A stretch of DNA of 32,000 nucleotides from Halomicrobium mukohataei DSM 12286 (GTDB lineage Archaea; Halobacteriota; Halobacteria; Halobacteriales; Haloarculaceae). The stretch is taken from contig NC_013202.1 of the NCBI RefSeq assembly GCF_000023965.1, positions 2,010,001 to 2,042,000 on the forward strand, in the 5' to 3' direction. Below are positions 30,040 to 32,000 of this stretch, one piece after another. Under the pieces are notes generated by a model. The model ran no database searches. It saw only the letters and a program-made list of their open reading frames with translations, and was not told the origin of the DNA. Both the position numbers and the translations under genes were made by a program. Within the stretch, counting starts at the first letter, position 1; each line of letters begins with the position of its first letter.

Positions 30040-30660
30040 TTACTCCTCGACGTCGACCGTGGTCTCTTCTTCGGCTGCGACTTCCTCGGGACGGGCTTCC
30101 ATCGTGGTCTTCTGGATCTCGACCCGGCGAAGCGGGTAGATGTCCTTGCACTCGCTGTACAGTGCAGAGGAGAGCCGCCCCTCGACGATGGAGTCGACGA
30201 GCTGCTCGAAGCTGCGGTCCTCGGCAGTCTCCTCGACGATGTCGATCATCTGTCGACGGATCGCCTTCTCCTGGGAGGCGTCGGCCTTCTTGGTCGTCAG
30301 CGCGACCGGCTGGATCTGGACGCGGTAGTCGTCCGTCGTCAGCACGGTGATGAAGGCCTCGACCTTCGAGGAGCCTCGGCGGACGAGCGACCGCAGGTAG
30401 TCGCGGGTCAGCTCGTGCTTGATGAACTCCGTGTACGCGGAGTCGGAGGCGACCTCGTTGATCTTGAAGGTCAGCTTCGTGTTGTTCTCGCTGGCGTCGT
30501 CTTTCAGATCGCCAAGCGTTGTCTGGATGGTGCGTCCGAGCACCTTCTCTGCCTCGTCTGCCGTGGTCTCACCGAGTTCCTCCCGGTCGAACTGCTCGGG
30601 AGCGAGCACGGTGTACCACCGCTTTTCTTGCTTCTGTCGGGATACGGATCGTTCGCTCAT
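30040..30660 (-). CDS. rps3ae: 30S ribosomal protein S3Ae (eS1)
   Basis: Track ORF 30040..31026 trimmed to ATG 30660. MSERSVSRQKQEKRWYTVLAPEQFDREELGETTADEAEKVLGRTIQTTLGDL...KLTFKINEV...ITVLTTDDYRVQIQPVALT matches the conserved S3Ae/eS1 pattern. Length is 206 aa with an acidic C-terminal tail. Confidence 0.93.
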   Translation of the reverse strand: MSERSVSRQKQEKRWYTVLAPEQFDREELGETTADEAEKVLGRTIQTTLGDLKDDASENNTKLTFKINEVASDSAYTEFIKHELTRDYLRSLVRRGSSKVEAFITVLTTDDYRVQIQPVALTTKKADASQEKAIRRQMIDIVEETAEDRSFEQLVDSIVEGRLSSALYSECKDIYPLRRVEIQKTTMEARPEEVAAEEETTVDVEE

Positions 30661-30893
30661 GATGTGTGTGTTGTGTGTTGGTCGGCAAGCTGTGCTGCGA
30701 CGCGGAGGTTGACGACGTAGTCGTCGACTGTCGAGTGGAGTCCGCCGGTCGTCTCGCGGTCGATCGTCGTCACGATCTCGTCGCCGTCGACGCGCGTGTC
30801 CATCTCGTCGGTGTTGTCCGGGCGGAGCGCGCTGGCGATCCGCTCGGCCGTGGCGTCGTCGCCGTGGGCCGTCCGGATCGTCGCTTCTCTCAT
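30657..30893 (-). CDS. pcc1: KEOPS complex subunit Pcc1-like protein
   Basis: 78 aa. ATIRTAHGDDATAERIASALRPDN...DGDEIVTTIDRETTGGLHSTVDDYVVNLRVAAQL follows the Pcc1 pattern (compare Pyrococcus ...LDIKATDSSALRGTVNSYLRWIKAAIDV). Its stop overlaps the rps3ae ATG (ATGA at 30657-30660). Confidence 0.65.
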   Translation of the reverse strand: MREATIRTAHGDDATAERIASALRPDNTDEMDTRVDGDEIVTTIDRETTGGLHSTVDDYVVNLRVAAQLADQHTTHTS

Positions 30894-31990
30894 AGTGCCT
30901 CCCGGACCTGCTCGACGAGGTCGTCGGCGTCGCCCTCGAACCGCGCGTTCGTGCGGGTCGCCGTTCCGCCGACGGCGGTCGTCGCGGCGTCGAGCGCGGG
31001 CGCGACGGATCGGTCGTCGGTCCCACGAACCGCGGCCCTGTTGCCAGCGACGACCAGCGTCACCGGCTCGGGCGAGCGAAACCGCGCGACGAGTCTGGCG
31101 ACCGTCTCGACGGGCATCGCGTCGCCACGGACGACGAACAGGCCGTCGTACCGCTGGGTCGACGCGGTCCGGATTCCGGTATGGGCCCGACTCGCGTGCG
31201 TGCGCCAGACGTCGAGTGCCTGCTCGCGCACGCCGTCGTGGCCGAGCGCGAGCGCGACGCCGAGACCGGGCCGTTCGCGTGCGACGGCATCCAGCACGTC
31301 GCCGTAGCCGCCGATCGTCTCGAACGGGCCGCCGACGTAGGGGTGCAGCGCCCGCTCGATCGCCTCGGTGGCTCGATCGGTGGCGGTCTCGTCGCCCGCG
31401 ATCGCCAGCGCGACCAGCGAGGCGACGCGACGGTGTCGGTCCGTGTCGTCGTCGGAGCCCAGCGCCTCGATCGCGTCCTCGACGGCCGCGCGCTCGCCCG
31501 AAAAGGGCGCGTGCAACAGCGTCGAGTGTGCGAGCCCGTCGACGTACTCGCTCACCGGGACGGCGACGCCGGGGCGGCGCTCGAACCCGGCGGCTTCGGC
31601 CAGCGTGGCCTCGCCGGAGTCGCCGTCGGCGACGGTCGCCCCGGCCAGCGCGAGCGCCAGATCGGGCTCGGTGCCAAGCGCCCGCACCGTCTCGACGGCC
31701 GCGGTGCTCAGTGGCTCGTCCGCGAGTGTCGCGGTCGCGTCGACGCCTTCGGCACCGACGCTGACCGTGACGTCGGCGTCCGTCGTCCGGGCTCCCGCCT
31801 CGCCCGTTCGCGCGACCGACGCCTGGAATGGCGTCTCGCGCGCCGTGAGAGCGCGTGCGAGGAGTCCCGTGGCTGCCAGCCCGTCCCCGTCGGCGCGCGC
31901 GACGAGCCGAACGAAGTCGGCCCCGTCGAGCGTGCCGGCGAGGTCACTGGGCGGCGTGGCGGACGCCTGATCGCGACCGGCTGTGGACAT
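30890..31990 (-). CDS. RecJ/Cdc45-like DHH-superfamily protein, apparently catalytically degenerate
   Basis: 366 aa. A motif-I/II-like stretch VRLVARADGDGLAATGLLARAL is present, but I find no DHH triad and no GGGH in the C-terminal DHHA1-like region (AVGGTATRTNARFEGD). Archaeal RecJ-like genes are known to cluster with rps15/rps3ae. Its stop overlaps the pcc1 ATG (ATGA at 30890-30893). Confidence 0.45.
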   Translation of the reverse strand: MSTAGRDQASATPPSDLAGTLDGADFVRLVARADGDGLAATGLLARALTARETPFQASVARTGEAGARTTDADVTVSVGAEGVDATATLADEPLSTAAVETVRALGTEPDLALALAGATVADGDSGEATLAEAAGFERRPGVAVPVSEYVDGLAHSTLLHAPFSGERAAVEDAIEALGSDDDTDRHRRVASLVALAIAGDETATDRATEAIERALHPYVGGPFETIGGYGDVLDAVARERPGLGVALALGHDGVREQALDVWRTHASRAHTGIRTASTQRYDGLFVVRGDAMPVETVARLVARFRSPEPVTLVVAGNRAAVRGTDDRSVAPALDAATTAVGGTATRTNARFEGDADDLVEQVREAL

Positions 31991-32000
31991 CGATTACTCG

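Noticed and set aside
30661-31764. Extension of the rps3ae ORF to 31026, and the 322-aa Arg-rich plus-strand ORF 30796..31764
   Set aside because: The S3Ae homology starts at Met 30660. The remainder overlaps pcc1 and the RecJ-like gene. The plus-strand ORF is more than 30 % Arg and antisense to those genes.
1-32000. CRISPR arrays, rRNA/tRNA genes, long tandem repeats
   Set aside because: I scanned for regularly spaced 25-40-nt repeats and for conserved rRNA/tRNA strings and found none. The only repeats are the short ones listed as features. A by-eye scan can miss degenerate elements, so tRNAscan, Infernal and a CRISPR finder should confirm this.

Overview
High-GC (about 65-70 % G+C by eye) sequence encoding acidic proteins, typical of a haloarchaeal (class Halobacteria) chromosome. 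I can support about 27 protein-coding genes. I see no rRNA, tRNA, CRISPR array, transposase or integrase. Main blocks: (i) 412-7149 (+) is a five-gene MoxR AAA+ / DUF58 / DUF4129-like membrane operon with overlapping or abutting start and stop codons. (ii) 7210-10014 (+) is one fused OB-fold + Cas4-like Fe-S nuclease + SF1B helicase, a Dna2-like architecture. (iii) 11264-16235 (-) holds an Lhr-type DExH helicase followed by a YdbS/YdbT-like bPH_2 membrane pair. (iv) 16341-22898 holds single genes: a DapA-family lyase, a membrane-tethered ArsR-like HTH protein, an MBL hydrolase, a GAF histidine kinase, Pelota and a type-II NADH dehydrogenase. (v) 22917-25021 is a sharply low-GC islet with an AT-rich leader (about 25 % GC in places) and two Tat-signal proteins of unknown function; this is the most anomalous segment and my best candidate for something undescribed. 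(vi) 25033-28239 (-) holds wHTH-GNAT, an isochorismatase-like hydrolase, a YqcI/YcgG protein and phosphomevalonate decarboxylase. (vii) 28331-31990 holds a halocyanin-like cupredoxin, a GNAT, ribosomal protein S3Ae, Pcc1 and a degenerate RecJ/DHH-like protein. Many long ORFs in the supplied track are antisense or off-frame artefacts of the high GC content, or upstream extensions of real genes. I trimmed starts accordingly. All family calls come from motif recognition by eye, not from database searches.
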